Positions 1-9,296 of a stretch of DNA of 64,000 nt are shown here, piece after piece. The position numbers were made by a program, and so were the translations under genes. Source of the stretch: a virus. The stretch lies in IMG/VR virus record IMGVR_UViG_3300042874_000422, positions 13,540-77,539 of that record; one strand, given 5' to 3'. Within the stretch, counting starts at the first letter, position 1, and each line of letters starts with the position of its first letter. The notes beneath the pieces are model-generated. The model made no database searches. It was not told where the DNA came from and worked only from the letters and a program-made list of their open reading frames with translations.

Positions 1-801
1 GATACGAACCCACAGACCGTAGTCCTTGCCCGACTCGGGATGCTTGAACCGCGCGAACGGCATGTACCGATCGCTGAACCCGAAGTAACGATCGTCGAAA
101 CCAGGGTCGCCTTTGACGAAGCCGATCTTGCGCATCCAGCCGAAGTTGGTGAGCCAGCAGCCTGGACCCCTGCCGGCGACGCACGCACCCCAGCCCGGTG
201 CCGCTGCGGGCCACCTGTCCGTCGCGCGGATCTTGCCTTCGTTGGTGAAGCGGTAGCTCGTGCTGCCGGGTTCGGCTGCGAAGCCCGCGTAACGATCCCA
301 CTTCTCGTTGAGATTGATCCAATTCGAATCGCCACGCCCGCTGATCTTCTTCATCACCTGCGTTTTGATCTGCGCGCCTTGCTCGGGCGTGAGCTTGTTG
401 TATTCGTCCAAGCCCCAGATGTACGAGGCACCCGATCGCACGACCGGGATCGTGAACAGACCGACGCGCATCACCTTCGTCGGCGACACGGACACGCCGC
501 CCTGCGGGACGTAGTTCTCTGCGCCCGCCCGGTGATCGCGCACTTTTGGGCCGCTGCTGCCCGGCACGATGTTCGCCGGATCGCAGCTTTGTCCGACGCG
601 CAGACGCGACCAGTGGCCCGCCACGGTCGCGGTCGCGGCGACCCAGATGAACTTGCCGTCGGCGGTGCAGGCGCCGTTGTTGGGCTGCGGTGTCGTGACG
701 TTCACGACGGCTTCCCTCGGGACGAACGCCGCCGTGATCCGGTTCAGATCGATGATCTTGATGGGAAAACCGTCGACGCCCTTGAGGGAGAATTGCAGCA
801 C
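1..801 (-). CDS. hypothetical protein, partial (runs off the left edge)
   Basis: Not in the ORF track. Manual translation from GTG at 801 (VLQFSLKGVDGFPIKIIDLNRI...) stays open to position 1 and directly follows 803..1105. Confidence 0.7.
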   Translation of the reverse strand, partial: MLQFSLKGVDGFPIKIIDLNRITAAFVPREAVVNVTTPQPNNGACTADGKFIWVAATATVAGHWSRLRVGQSCDPANIVPGSSGPKVRDHRAGAENYVPQGGVSVSPTKVMRVGLFTIPVVRSGASYIWGLDEYNKLTPEQGAQIKTQVMKKISGRGDSNWINLNEKWDRYAGFAAEPGSTSYRFTNEGKIRATDRWPAAAPGWGACVAGRGPGCWLTNFGWMRKIGFVKGDPGFDDRYFGFSDRYMPFARFKHPESGKDYGLWVRI

Positions 802-802
802 G

Positions 803-1105
803 TCAAGATGATACCGCGCTTATCGGCCGAATCTCCAGCTTCCAGCCCTTGCCGAAATCCTGAACCCATTCGTCGGAGAGCCGGCCCAGGTTCACTTCGA
901 TCCTCGACGTCGGCCACGCTTCGTCGCCCGCATCGATCGACCAACCAGCGGTGATCAGGAGCTTGCCGGTCTTCTCACCTGTCATCTTTACGACGACTTC
1001 GTTGGGCATCCAGGCCACGCCTTTGCCGCACCGTTTCGTCTTGGTGGCGTAGAGCAGACTCTTGGTGACCTTCGGCTTCTTCGCCTTCGTCTTGGGTTTG
1101 TTCAT
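803..1105 (-). CDS. hypothetical protein, Lys-rich N-terminus
   Basis: Coupled (ATGA overlap) ORF in the minus-strand gene string. Confidence 0.6.
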   Translation of the reverse strand: MNKPKTKAKKPKVTKSLLYATKTKRCGKGVAWMPNEVVVKMTGEKTGKLLITAGWSIDAGDEAWPTSRIEVNLGRLSDEWVQDFGKGWKLEIRPISAVSS

Positions 1106-1332
1106 TGGATATCTCCGACTGCGAACACGAGATCTTCACCGGGGAAGTAGCGACCGACCGTCCCGAATTGCTCCTGCGCGAGCCACAGCATCCCGGGCAT
1201 TCCCGGGTATGCCGCCGACGTCAGCTCCAGAATGCAGCGCAGGTCACCGCTATCGACACACCGCTCGCAGTTCTCGATCGAGTATTCCTCGTCGGTGTCG
1301 AACCAAAACTCGCCGCAAGTCGGACACTTCAT
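1102..1332 (-). CDS. small CxxC-CxxC putative zinc-binding protein
   Basis: MKCPTC...NCERC; ATGA overlaps at both ends. Confidence 0.55.
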   Translation of the reverse strand: MKCPTCGEFWFDTDEEYSIENCERCVDSGDLRCILELTSAAYPGMPGMLWLAQEQFGTVGRYFPGEDLVFAVGDIQ

Positions 1333-1532
1333 TGGAGCCTCGCTACCTGCATCAGCAGCATCGCAAGCAACCGCGCGGCGCGCTTGTCGTCGATAGGCGC
1401 CCACTCCTTGGCGTCTGCGCCTTCGAGGTAGTTGGCATCCTCCTTGGGCACGAACTCGCAGATGCGGAACGCCAGACTGTTCAGGGCTGCGAGCAGATCG
1501 CGAGCGTCGTCTTCTTCAGTGCGTCGGCTCAC
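1329..1532 (-). CDS. hypothetical protein
   Basis: Coupled small ORF. Confidence 0.5.
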   Translation of the reverse strand: MSRRTEEDDARDLLAALNSLAFRICEFVPKEDANYLEGADAKEWAPIDDKRAARLLAMLLMQVARLQ

Positions 1533-1575
1533 TTACGTGCTCCTTGGGTGGTAACCGGATAAGCATGGAATGCAC

Positions 1576-1857
1576 TCATCGTTTCCTCGCGAACCGCTGA
1601 CCTGCGAGCAGCGCATGATGCCGCGCTTGCACGGCGCACGTGGTGCGATTCAGCTTGTGCGCGATCAACGCCCACAGCTTCAGACCGCTCAGCTCCGCGT
1701 GCTTGGTGACCAGGCGAAGCAGCCGACGATCTTCGGCCAGCTTCCACGGCTCGCCGTGCCAGACGAGCGACGTCGGCGTCAGGCCGTACTTCTGCGCGAT
1801 CATCTGCTCGGTGGCTACGCGCCAGCTATCGCGCCACAACGGGGCTCGGCCTCTCAC
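1576..1857 (-). CDS. Myb/SANT-like helix-turn-helix protein
   Basis: PWKLAEDRRLLRLV...WALIAHKLNRT..AVQAR fits the Myb-repeat pattern W..eED..L...V....W..IA..L.RT.....R. Confidence 0.55.
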   Translation of the reverse strand: MRGRAPLWRDSWRVATEQMIAQKYGLTPTSLVWHGEPWKLAEDRRLLRLVTKHAELSGLKLWALIAHKLNRTTCAVQARHHALLAGQRFARKR

Positions 1858-1974
1858 GTCAGCGCGGCTCGACGGGCTAGCTCTGCGATCCGGCGGCTGA
1901 TGCGTTGTCCGAGCCGCCGCCGGTTCCGGGCTCGTCAGGGAGCGTGAGAAGCGGGAGGTCTTTGAACCACTCGA

Positions 1975-2919
1975 TCACGGCATCACCAGCTTCGAGAGCC
2001 AGCCCGGCGTCGAGCGGCGCGCCTCTTCGCCGAGGCGCGCTGGATCGATATACACGCCCATGCCGGCGAGCCCTGGCAGGTTCGCCATCTTGTGACCGGT
2101 GATCGCGGCGATCTGGTAGGGCGTCAACCCCGCGACCATCCGCCACGTCACGAACGTGTTGCGGAAGATGTGCGGGTGCATGTGCTCCAGCCCGCACTTC
2201 TCGGCACGACGCTCGACGATCTTGTAGATCGACACGAGCGAGAGCCCCTCGCCGACGTTGTAGTCGAGCCGCCCCGTGCCGCGCGCGATCTTGCGATGCA
2301 GCGATCGGAACACCGAGCCGGTGGTGACCTTCTGCTTGCGCAGCCAGGCTCGCCATGGCGCGAGCGCGGCGACGGCGGTGTCGGAGAGCGGAACCGGGTA
2401 GAGCGTGTCGCCCGAGCCCTTGATCGGGACGGGCGCGACAGGGTAACCTTCTCGGGCGTTCTTGATCGTTTCGAGGGTCATGCCTTGGAGCGACATCCGA
2501 CGCATGCCGGTCTCTAGGCCGACGACGAACATCGCCCGATCGCGCAGGTCGATCGGCGAGCCGGCGGCACAGGTCGCGAGCAGCGTGATGGCTTCGTCGT
2601 GGGTCAGGGCGCGGCGCGGCGCTTTGTCGTCGTCGGGCGCAGTCTGCACGACGGCGAAGTGAAGCTCGGGCTGGTTCTCCTTCTTCGCCCACCACGAGCT
2701 GGCGTGCGCGAGCGCCGCCATGATGCGGTTCGCGCTCTGCGGCTTCATGCGCTCCAGCAAGTGGTTGTAGAATTCCTGGGCTCGGTAGCGCGTCCACCCC
2801 GCTGGGTTCGTGCCGGCGAAGTCGATCCACAGGTCGATGTCGCGCAGGTAGTCGGTGCGGGTCTTCTTCGACAGCCGCAAGCTCGTCTTGACGATCTGGT
2901 GCAGGATGGTGTCGGCCAT
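1975..2919 (-). CDS. tyrosine recombinase/integrase (XerC-like)
   Basis: Catalytic motifs TGMRR (R), IKG (K), HPHIFR (HxxR), TGH, GVY (Y); N-terminal SAM-like region. Confidence 0.9.
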   Translation of the reverse strand: MADTILHQIVKTSLRLSKKTRTDYLRDIDLWIDFAGTNPAGWTRYRAQEFYNHLLERMKPQSANRIMAALAHASSWWAKKENQPELHFAVVQTAPDDDKAPRRALTHDEAITLLATCAAGSPIDLRDRAMFVVGLETGMRRMSLQGMTLETIKNAREGYPVAPVPIKGSGDTLYPVPLSDTAVAALAPWRAWLRKQKVTTGSVFRSLHRKIARGTGRLDYNVGEGLSLVSIYKIVERRAEKCGLEHMHPHIFRNTFVTWRMVAGLTPYQIAAITGHKMANLPGLAGMGVYIDPARLGEEARRSTPGWLSKLVMP

Positions 2920-2923
2920 GGGG

Positions 2924-3463
2924 CTACTTCCCTTTGGGGGAATCATCTTTCTCGATCGTTTTCTTGAGCAGCCACTGCGCGGCTGTGTGGAAGATGACGA
3001 TCCCCTCGGGCTTCATGAAGCCCGGTGCGGCGACGCTTCCACCTTCTTTGAGCTTGTTGATGATGTCGCTCGCGTTGAGCTGATCAAATGGGCCTTGCCA
3101 CAAGATCGGTACGACACCGCAGCACGCGGGCCGTGTTGTCGCATCTGACCAACGATGCGTGTTGAACAGCGAGAAGCGCTTCTCTTTGAGATCGTATCGG
3201 CGCTGAATGCCGGTGCCCCACCACTCACCGAAGTGGCTACCAGGCCCGAGCTTGAGCAGCTCCTCCTTGTGCTCGGCGACCCATCGAGCAAAGCCAAAGT
3301 TGTCGCCATCGGGTCCGATCCATTGTGATCGCGAGCCCGCGAACACTTCGGTCATCGTGTCATTGACGTAGACCTGGCCGTTGGTGCCGTCGATCTTCTC
3401 GGTGACGACGACCTCGCGCGAGTAGCGCGCGATCTTGGGAAATTCAACGAATGGTGGAAGCAT
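2924..3463 (-). CDS. RNA ligase (Rnl2-like adenylyltransferase domain)
   Basis: FPKI, motif I TEKIDGTN, GEWWG.GIQ, EGIVI. Confidence 0.85.
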   Translation of the reverse strand: MLPPFVEFPKIARYSREVVVTEKIDGTNGQVYVNDTMTEVFAGSRSQWIGPDGDNFGFARWVAEHKEELLKLGPGSHFGEWWGTGIQRRYDLKEKRFSLFNTHRWSDATTRPACCGVVPILWQGPFDQLNASDIINKLKEGGSVAAPGFMKPEGIVIFHTAAQWLLKKTIEKDDSPKGK

Positions 3464-3488
3464 AGAATCCTTTTACAACGAGGGTCCG

Positions 3489-3665
3489 TCACTTGCCGCG
3501 ATAGCGGCGAGCGGGGCGTACCGGCACCGGCTCGTGTCCGAGCGCAGGCGCGACGATTTGCTCGATGATGCTCGCGATCGAGACGTTGCGCGCCTTGGCG
3601 TACGCTCGCAGGTGCTCGTACAGCGGGCCGGGGATGCTGATGTGGCAGCGGTTCTTGTCGCTCAT
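3489..3665 (-). CDS. ribbon-helix-helix (Arc/CopG-like) regulator
   Basis: HISIPGPLYEHLRAYAKARNVSIASIIEQIV; ATG at 3665. Confidence 0.7.
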   Translation of the reverse strand: MSDKNRCHISIPGPLYEHLRAYAKARNVSIASIIEQIVAPALGHEPVPVRPARRYRGK

Positions 3666-3967
3666 GGCTTCGTTTCGCGCTCTTTTGCTTTGGCAGGCGG
3701 TATGCGTGGCGCTCGAATCTGATGCACGCCGCGAATGACGAATCGGATCGCGTAGTAAAGCAGAACGAATACCCATAGCGGCCATGTGACCGCGTAGACG
3801 ATCGCCCAGACCGCACGCCCCTCGACAGGCAACCCCGCAGCTCGGCGTCTGTAGCTCTTGATCGGCACGAGGTAGCTATCCGCTGCGAGCAGTGCGGTGA
3901 AACCGATCGTGAACAACACGTAGACAGCGATGGCCGGTGCCAATTCTCTAACCACGGGCAACCTCAC
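3662..3967 (-). CDS. small membrane protein
   Basis: Two hydrophobic segments; start uncertain. Confidence 0.45.
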   Translation of the reverse strand: MRLPVVRELAPAIAVYVLFTIGFTALLAADSYLVPIKSYRRRAAGLPVEGRAVWAIVYAVTWPLWVFVLLYYAIRFVIRGVHQIRAPRIPPAKAKERETKP

Positions 3968-4367
3968 GCTTGTAGAGCGCTTCGAGCAGCTCGATCGCGT
4001 CAGCGAAGTCGACGCCTCGGTTGGTTCCGTGGTTCGGATCTGCCGCGATGCTGGAGTGGATGTTTCGCGAGCGCGCGTAGAGCACGTCGATGCAATCAAG
4101 CACGCCCTTCTGCCAGCCGGGCCCGCCGATCAACGTCATGTTGGTTGGATCGAGGTTGATCTGCCGCTGGCGCCACGTGCGGCGCTCGCGCCACAGGTGC
4201 GCGCTGACGACGCCGATGCCGACACCGAGCACCATCGCGACGATCGTCGGCCACGGCTCCAGCAGAACGCGGTCAGCCACGTATGCGATGGCGATGACGC
4301 TCAGCCACAGCGCGAGCTGCGTGATCACGTAGCGCGTGCGGGTCTTCGCGAACCAGGTGGGCGTCAT
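3948..4367 (-). CDS. membrane protein (2 TM)
   Basis: MTPTWFAK... with two TM helices; coupled to the AlkB-like gene. Confidence 0.55.
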   Translation of the reverse strand: MTPTWFAKTRTRYVITQLALWLSVIAIAYVADRVLLEPWPTIVAMVLGVGIGVVSAHLWRERRTWRQRQINLDPTNMTLIGGPGWQKGVLDCIDVLYARSRNIHSSIAADPNHGTNRGVDFADAIELLEALYKREVARG

Positions 4368-4948
4368 GGCGTGTAGTTCCGGTAGGTGAGAGAGATCCGC
4401 GTCGTCATCGGACGATCGCCTTTGGGGATGCGGTGTTGGTGAGTGCGCTGCATGCCTGGCGGCATGACGAAGATCGAGCCGTGCTCCAAGAGCTGACGCT
4501 GTTCGTGCGGGATGACGCCGGTCTGCTCCTTCTCGCGCCACCAGATCTCGCGAGGCTGCCCGAACGAGACCACCGCGATCGGGTGCTCGTGGTTCATGCC
4601 GGGCGAATCGTCGGAATGCCAGCCCAGCTGCATCGCTGCGTTGTCGTAGCGGTTCAGGAAGCAGACGTTGTACGCGAACACGTCGCGCATCGCGCCGTCG
4701 AGCCCACCGATGTCGTCGCGGTTGAGCTGGTGCTGGATGTCGGCGACGATTGGCGAGTACGGGACCGGCGTGTACGTGCGAACGCCGCGACCTTCGCCGT
4801 AGGTGTACGTCTCGGTGCTCGCCGACATGAAGCACTCCAGCCGTGCGTCGGTCACCTGGATCCACGGCGTGCTCGCGAGCACGTCTTCGAGCTTGATGTC
4901 GCGAAACCCAGGGCGGTAGTAGATCGGTTTTCTGATCAGGTAGTTCAT
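4364..4948 (-). CDS. AlkB-like 2OG-Fe(II) dioxygenase
   Basis: YTYG, CFLNRY, WHSDD (HxD), HQHRIPK (H), RISLTYR. Confidence 0.9.
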   Translation of the reverse strand: MNYLIRKPIYYRPGFRDIKLEDVLASTPWIQVTDARLECFMSASTETYTYGEGRGVRTYTPVPYSPIVADIQHQLNRDDIGGLDGAMRDVFAYNVCFLNRYDNAAMQLGWHSDDSPGMNHEHPIAVVSFGQPREIWWREKEQTGVIPHEQRQLLEHGSIFVMPPGMQRTHQHRIPKGDRPMTTRISLTYRNYTP

Positions 4949-5253
4949 CGTTTGGCCCTCGCGACGATCTCGGCGACCTCTGCGATCGTGTAGAGCCGCT
5001 CGTTCTCGTCGGGTTCTGGGATTCGGAACGGCTCGATGCTGTTCTTGCCGTTGAAATAGGTCCACTTTCCGTCGCTGCTCACGCTCGCGAGCCTCGTTGC
5101 GAATGTGGAGCCCTCTAGGATGAAGTAGTCACCTTCGCGGATCTCATGCGTGCCGCAGTAGAACTGCTCCGCGACCGCATCGAGGCGCACGCGCTCGGCG
5201 AGATCGTTCAGGCGGTCTCGTAGCTCGGCGATCTCTTCTTCCAGCTTCGTCAT
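4945..5253 (-). CDS. hypothetical protein
   Basis: MTKLEEEIAEL..., coupled at both ends. Confidence 0.55.
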   Translation of the reverse strand: MTKLEEEIAELRDRLNDLAERVRLDAVAEQFYCGTHEIREGDYFILEGSTFATRLASVSSDGKWTYFNGKNSIEPFRIPEPDENERLYTIAEVAEIVARAKR

Positions 5254-5628
5254 GGCTTCGTTCTTTCGAGCGCGAGGAGGATGCGCTCGGCTTCTTTGAT
5301 CGCGAATTCGCGCTCGGCGATCTGCGATTCGATCTGCACGGCGCCCTCGCGAATGAGCTGCTCGATGTGGCCACCGCTGAGGACTTCCTGTCGGACGCTG
5401 CGCGGTGCTTGCAGAAGCGCGGTCGTCTCGGTGCCGTTGCGCTTGCTGAGGATCAGCGCCCACTGACCGCGATGCTTGCCGAACACCAGCTGCGTCTCGT
5501 CGTTGAACGCCGTATGCACCCGTCGAGAAGTGCAGGCGCAGGCCCGCCTCGATTTTCGAGATGAAGTCGGCGAGTTGATCGTCGAGCGCGTCGAGCCGCC
5601 GACTGGCTTCGGAGATCTCAGTCTTCAT
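5250..5628 (-). pseudogene. hypothetical gene with an apparent 1-nt frameshift near 5520
   Basis: MKTEISEAS...LHFST in one frame continues as VHTAFNDETQLVFGK...ERTKP in another. Confidence 0.45.
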
Positions 5629-5896
5629 ATGTCAGCCGCTCGTCGATGAACGTGAAGCGCGGGACCGGCTTGAAGCTGTTGGCCGTGAAGCGCGGGACCG
5701 GCTTGAAGTTGGCCACGATCTCGTGAAACTCTTCCTCGTCGCGGATGTTGATCACACCGTGCGCCAGGCTGACGTAGACGACATGCGGGCGATCTTCCGT
5801 GGGCCCGTTGGTCGACATGCGAGCGACGAACAGCACGCGGTACAGCCCGCCCTTGTAGTGACGGTAGACGCCGGGCTTGGTGGGGACGGTGATCAT
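5618..5896 (-). CDS. DUF1653-like protein
   Basis: PGVYRHYKGGLYRV...VVY.SL...R..EEF...PRF. Confidence 0.8.
   Translation of the reverse strand: MITVPTKPGVYRHYKGGLYRVLFVARMSTNGPTEDRPHVVYVSLAHGVINIRDEEEFHEIVANFKPVPRFTANSFKPVPRFTFIDERLTYED
5651..5708. repeat. tandem duplication with 33-bp period inside the DUF1653 gene
   Basis: CGTGAAGCGCGGGACCGGCTTGAAG at 5651 and 5684, giving FKPVPRFT twice. Confidence 0.85.
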
Positions 5897-6300
5897 GTGA
5901 GCGCCTTCACTAGCTCCGCGACGACGGCGTCGCGATCGATGTTGTCGTCGAGGCAGCGGGCTTCGTGCTGAACGAGCACGTCGTGGATCTTGTCGCGCAG
6001 CGTCTGCTCGGTCGCGTGCCGCTCGTCGTGCGTGAGCACGGCGCCGCCGAACAGCTCGGTGATGATCACGCTCGCGAGGTTCCACAGCCGGTTCGCATCG
6101 AGCGCCACGGTCGCGTTGAACCCGCTCGGCGAGTCGACTTCGATCAGGTTGTCGTCGTTGTCGCGCTCGTGAACGGTGATGCAGCCGCCATCGTCGCTTT
6201 CGATGCGGATTTTCCGCGTCATCTCGCCCGCCTTGGCGAACTTCGTCGTGATGACGGCCCAGACCTCGTCGCCGGGATCCTTGCGACGGTCGTTGTTCAC
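5893..6300 (-). CDS. hypothetical protein
   Basis: Coupled ORF; GTG start inferred. Confidence 0.5.
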   Translation of the reverse strand: MNNDRRKDPGDEVWAVITTKFAKAGEMTRKIRIESDDGGCITVHERDNDDNLIEVDSPSGFNATVALDANRLWNLASVIITELFGGAVLTHDERHATEQTLRDKIHDVLVQHEARCLDDNIDRDAVVAELVKALT

Positions 6301-6656
6301 AGCTTGACCGACCCGCTGACCTCGGTCAGCTGGCGAACGGTGTACTCGACGGTGGTCTTGCCGTTCGCGTCGGTGACGAGCGAGAACTTCGCCAGCTCGG
6401 GGAGCTTGGCGCGCAGCATCTTTGAGACGACCTCCAGCTGCTTGGCGAGGTAGCTCGTGGCGCTCGATGCCTTGGGGCTCTTGCGCTTCTGCTTGGGCTT
6501 GCTCGCCGCCTTGACGTGCCGGTGGTACCACGTCGACACGGTCTGGCTCGGGATGCCCAGCTCGTCGGCGATGGCGGTCTGCGTCTTGATGCCGGCCTTG
6601 AGCATCGCGATGGCGCGGGCCTTGAGCTTCGGGTCGTGTTTCGAGGGGAACGGCAT
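6297..6656 (-). CDS. HTH DNA-binding protein
   Basis: KARAIAMLKAG.KTQTAIADELGIPSQTVSTW. Confidence 0.75.
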   Translation of the reverse strand: MPFPSKHDPKLKARAIAMLKAGIKTQTAIADELGIPSQTVSTWYHRHVKAASKPKQKRKSPKASSATSYLAKQLEVVSKMLRAKLPELAKFSLVTDANGKTTVEYTVRQLTEVSGSVKL

Positions 6657-7065
6657 GGCTACCACCGGTCTTTCTTGCGCGAGTCGCGACGACTCGTGCG
6701 GCATTTGCGGACGTCGCGGGCGACTCGTGATCGATCACGATCACCGCACAGGGAAAGTGCGCGGGCTTCTGTGTCACCGTTGCAATACCGGACTCGGGAA
6801 GCTCGGAGATTCGGTCGCAGGGCTGGAACGGGCCCTGGAATACCTACGTCGCCCTTGGGCCATCCCAGTGCATCAGGGCGCCCGAACCGAACCCAGCCGT
6901 CCCAGGAGCCATCAACCGGGGACGTCGACGTTGCAGGGCCCCGTACCGCCGTGCCTGATTTCGAGTACAGGGAAATGTATCCGATCGACCCCGTGCTCGA
7001 CCCCCGATCGGATGTTGGATGGGTGCCCTCGTCGTAAGACAACCGCAAACGTCTGTAATGATTAG
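6655..7065 (+). CDS. endonuclease VII-like HNH domain, N-terminally short (possible remnant)
   Basis: CGICG...LVIDHDHRTGKVRGLLCHRCNTGLG..GDS...L..A..YL. Confidence 0.7.
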   Translation: MATTGLSCASRDDSCGICGRRGRLVIDHDHRTGKVRGLLCHRCNTGLGKLGDSVAGLERALEYLRRPWAIPVHQGARTEPSRPRSHQPGTSTLQGPVPPCLISSTGKCIRSTPCSTPDRMLDGCPRRKTTANVCND

Positions 7066-7157
7066 GTAATTGACAGGATCGCCGATGTTCGTGTATCACA
7101 TAGTATACGCGCATATCGACAAACCTAGGTTGTTGATACAGAACGTCGACGTCGGTG

Positions 7158-7418
7158 TCAAGGTTTCTGCAGCTCGGGTGTCAGATCCCCGGTCTTCCGT
7201 GCGTCATCCGAGTCATCCGAGTCGATCTCCGTCGGTGACTCGGAAGACTCGGATCGATGAGGGCAGCGCTCCTGACACCGTTCGCATAGCGAATCGAGCT
7301 GTTCCCGCAGACTGGAGGCAAGCGTTGCGAGCTCTTCGATGTACGCCTCAACGCAGCCCCTGCAGTCGAAGAACCGGGCTTTGTGGCCACGATCGCAATA
7401 GACCTTCGGTGTCGTCAT
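7158..7418 (-). CDS. small Cys-rich hypothetical protein
   Basis: CxxC pairs and an acidic tail. Confidence 0.5.
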   Translation of the reverse strand: MTTPKVYCDRGHKARFFDCRGCVEAYIEELATLASSLREQLDSLCERCQERCPHRSESSESPTEIDSDDSDDARKTGDLTPELQKP

Positions 7419-7676
7419 CGTTGGGCCTTTCGTGGTGGGTTGCGTGCGAGCGAGCGGGCGATCAGATCCGAGTCGTCGGCCTTCTGGGCGTCGAACAGTA
7501 CGAACGGATTGCCGCAGGCTTCGAGGTACTTCTGCAGATCCGCGAGCGTGGTGTTCTCTTTCATCTTCACTTCACGATCGGTAAAGGTGGTGGCGGCGGC
7601 AGACAACCGACGCACGTCGGAATGGCCCACGTGGTGCGACCGCCGATGATCGGCACGCCGCACGCACAGCGGATGA

Positions 7677-8105
7677 TCATGTCTTCCTCTTCGCGTACTC
7701 GACAGCGTCGGCCCAGCCGTCGCGGTTACCAGGGAACCGCGCAGCTGGCGACGGCGCTTCGATGACGGGATGGTTGGCGTTCGGGCCACGGAAGTGCGGA
7801 TCGATGCTCTTCCAGCGCAGCGCGGAGATTGCCGACACGTTGAGAAACACCATCGTCTTGACGCCGTCGAATTCGCGGTGCTCGCAGTGCGGGTACTTCA
7901 CCAGCATCACGAGATGCTCGCCGACCTGATCAGCGCGCTCGACGATGTAGTCAGTCGTGCTGCGCGATGCCGCGAGCTTCGCGGTCTCGGTCGCACGAGC
8001 GAGCGCCTCGGCTGCACGCTCCTTTTCGAGCCGACCGTAATACTCGGCGCTGTTGGCGTCCGCACGCGCTTGGTGCTCGGCTTGTGTGGCGCAGCGGCAC
8101 GTCAC
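7677..8105 (-). CDS. hypothetical phage protein
   Basis: GTG start coupled to the dCMP deaminase stop; ...IDPHF...PSPAARFP...GWADA. Confidence 0.6.
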   Translation of the reverse strand: MTCRCATQAEHQARADANSAEYYGRLEKERAAEALARATETAKLAASRSTTDYIVERADQVGEHLVMLVKYPHCEHREFDGVKTMVFLNVSAISALRWKSIDPHFRGPNANHPVIEAPSPAARFPGNRDGWADAVEYAKRKT

Positions 8106-8572
8106 CAGAGCACCCGTGTCACGTAGGAGAGGTTGACCATCTCGATGCCGCGCGACTGCATCAGCTCGACGATGTTGATCGCACCCGAGCGGGCGCTGTC
8201 GTACTGCGCGCCGTAGACGATGCGCTTGACGCCGGCCTGTGCTGCCATCTTCGCGCAATCGTAGCAGCAGCTCGCGGTGGTGTAGAGCGTGGAGCCGTCG
8301 AGCCCGCCGCCGTGCCGCGCAGCGGTCACGATCGCGTTCTCCTCGGCGTGAACCGTGCGGACGCAGCTCTGGCGCCCGTTGATGTCGACCAGCTCGTGGC
8401 CGATCTCGTCGCAGCTCGGCCAGCCGCTTGGTGCGCCACCGTAGCCGGTCGACAAGATGCGCCGGTCGGGCGAGACGATCACCGCACCGATGCGGGCGCG
8501 GTCGCATGACATGCGCAGCGACACCGCGTCGGCGATGATCATGAAGTAGAGATCCCAGCCGGGGCGCGTCAC
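8102..8572 (-). CDS. dCMP deaminase
   Basis: RPGWDLYFM..A..VS.R.SC.RA.IGAVIV, HAEENAI, CCYDC zinc ligands. Confidence 0.9.
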   Translation of the reverse strand: MTRPGWDLYFMIIADAVSLRMSCDRARIGAVIVSPDRRILSTGYGGAPSGWPSCDEIGHELVDINGRQSCVRTVHAEENAIVTAARHGGGLDGSTLYTTASCCYDCAKMAAQAGVKRIVYGAQYDSARSGAINIVELMQSRGIEMVNLSYVTRVLW

Positions 8573-8805
8573 TTGCCCCTCCGGTCGCGATCGTTGAGGT
8601 ACTTCTCGACGGACTGGTAGCCCATCGCCTTGGCGACCTCCGCGTCGGGCGGGCGCGAGATCACCTTGCAGGTGACCTCGTTGCCGTTGACGTGCGGGTA
8701 GGCCGCTTGCACCATCTCGTCGGCGCGACGATCGGTGAGATCGAAGCCGTCCTCGACCCACGTCTCGTCCATCGTGACGGTGAGGGTCCACGTGTATTTC
8801 TTCAT
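8569..8805 (-). CDS. hypothetical protein
   Basis: Coupled small ORF. Confidence 0.6.
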   Translation of the reverse strand: MKKYTWTLTVTMDETWVEDGFDLTDRRADEMVQAAYPHVNGNEVTCKVISRPPDAEVAKAMGYQSVEKYLNDRDRRGK

Positions 8806-9296
8806 GGCAGCTCCAGCACGAGAACTTGAAGGATGTTGCGAGCGATGGATTCGATGACGTGATCGGCGTCGGCACCGAGCACGAGCGCGTAGTCGCCGTA
8901 GCCCGACGACAACTTGCTCTCACTGACGAGCGCGATGCCGGCGGTTTGCAGCTGGATCTTGATCGTCCGCTTCATCGCTTCGACGCGAGCGGTGATCGCG
9001 GCTTGCCCGGCGACCCGATCGGCGAGCTGGCGCGCGACGATCAGCGCGCACCGCTCGCGGTTGGTGGTGGGCGACGTCTCGACGCAGCTCGTGCGATCGT
9101 GGTCGGGCACGAGCATCAGCAGAAACTGCCGGACGTCGGGCGAGCGGTGGATCAGATCGCTGATCGCCTGGTTGCGCTCAGCCCGCGCTAGCCGGCGCAG
9201 CTCCTTGCGGTGGGCGAGGACAGCGAGCAGATCGCGGTCGGTCAGATCACCGACGGTCTTGGCTTCGTGCTCGTGGGTTTGATCGTTCTTGGTCAT
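8802..9296 (-). CDS. hypothetical protein
   Basis: Coupled ORF. Confidence 0.5.
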   Translation of the reverse strand: MTKNDQTHEHEAKTVGDLTDRDLLAVLAHRKELRRLARAERNQAISDLIHRSPDVRQFLLMLVPDHDRTSCVETSPTTNRERCALIVARQLADRVAGQAAITARVEAMKRTIKIQLQTAGIALVSESKLSSGYGDYALVLGADADHVIESIARNILQVLVLELP

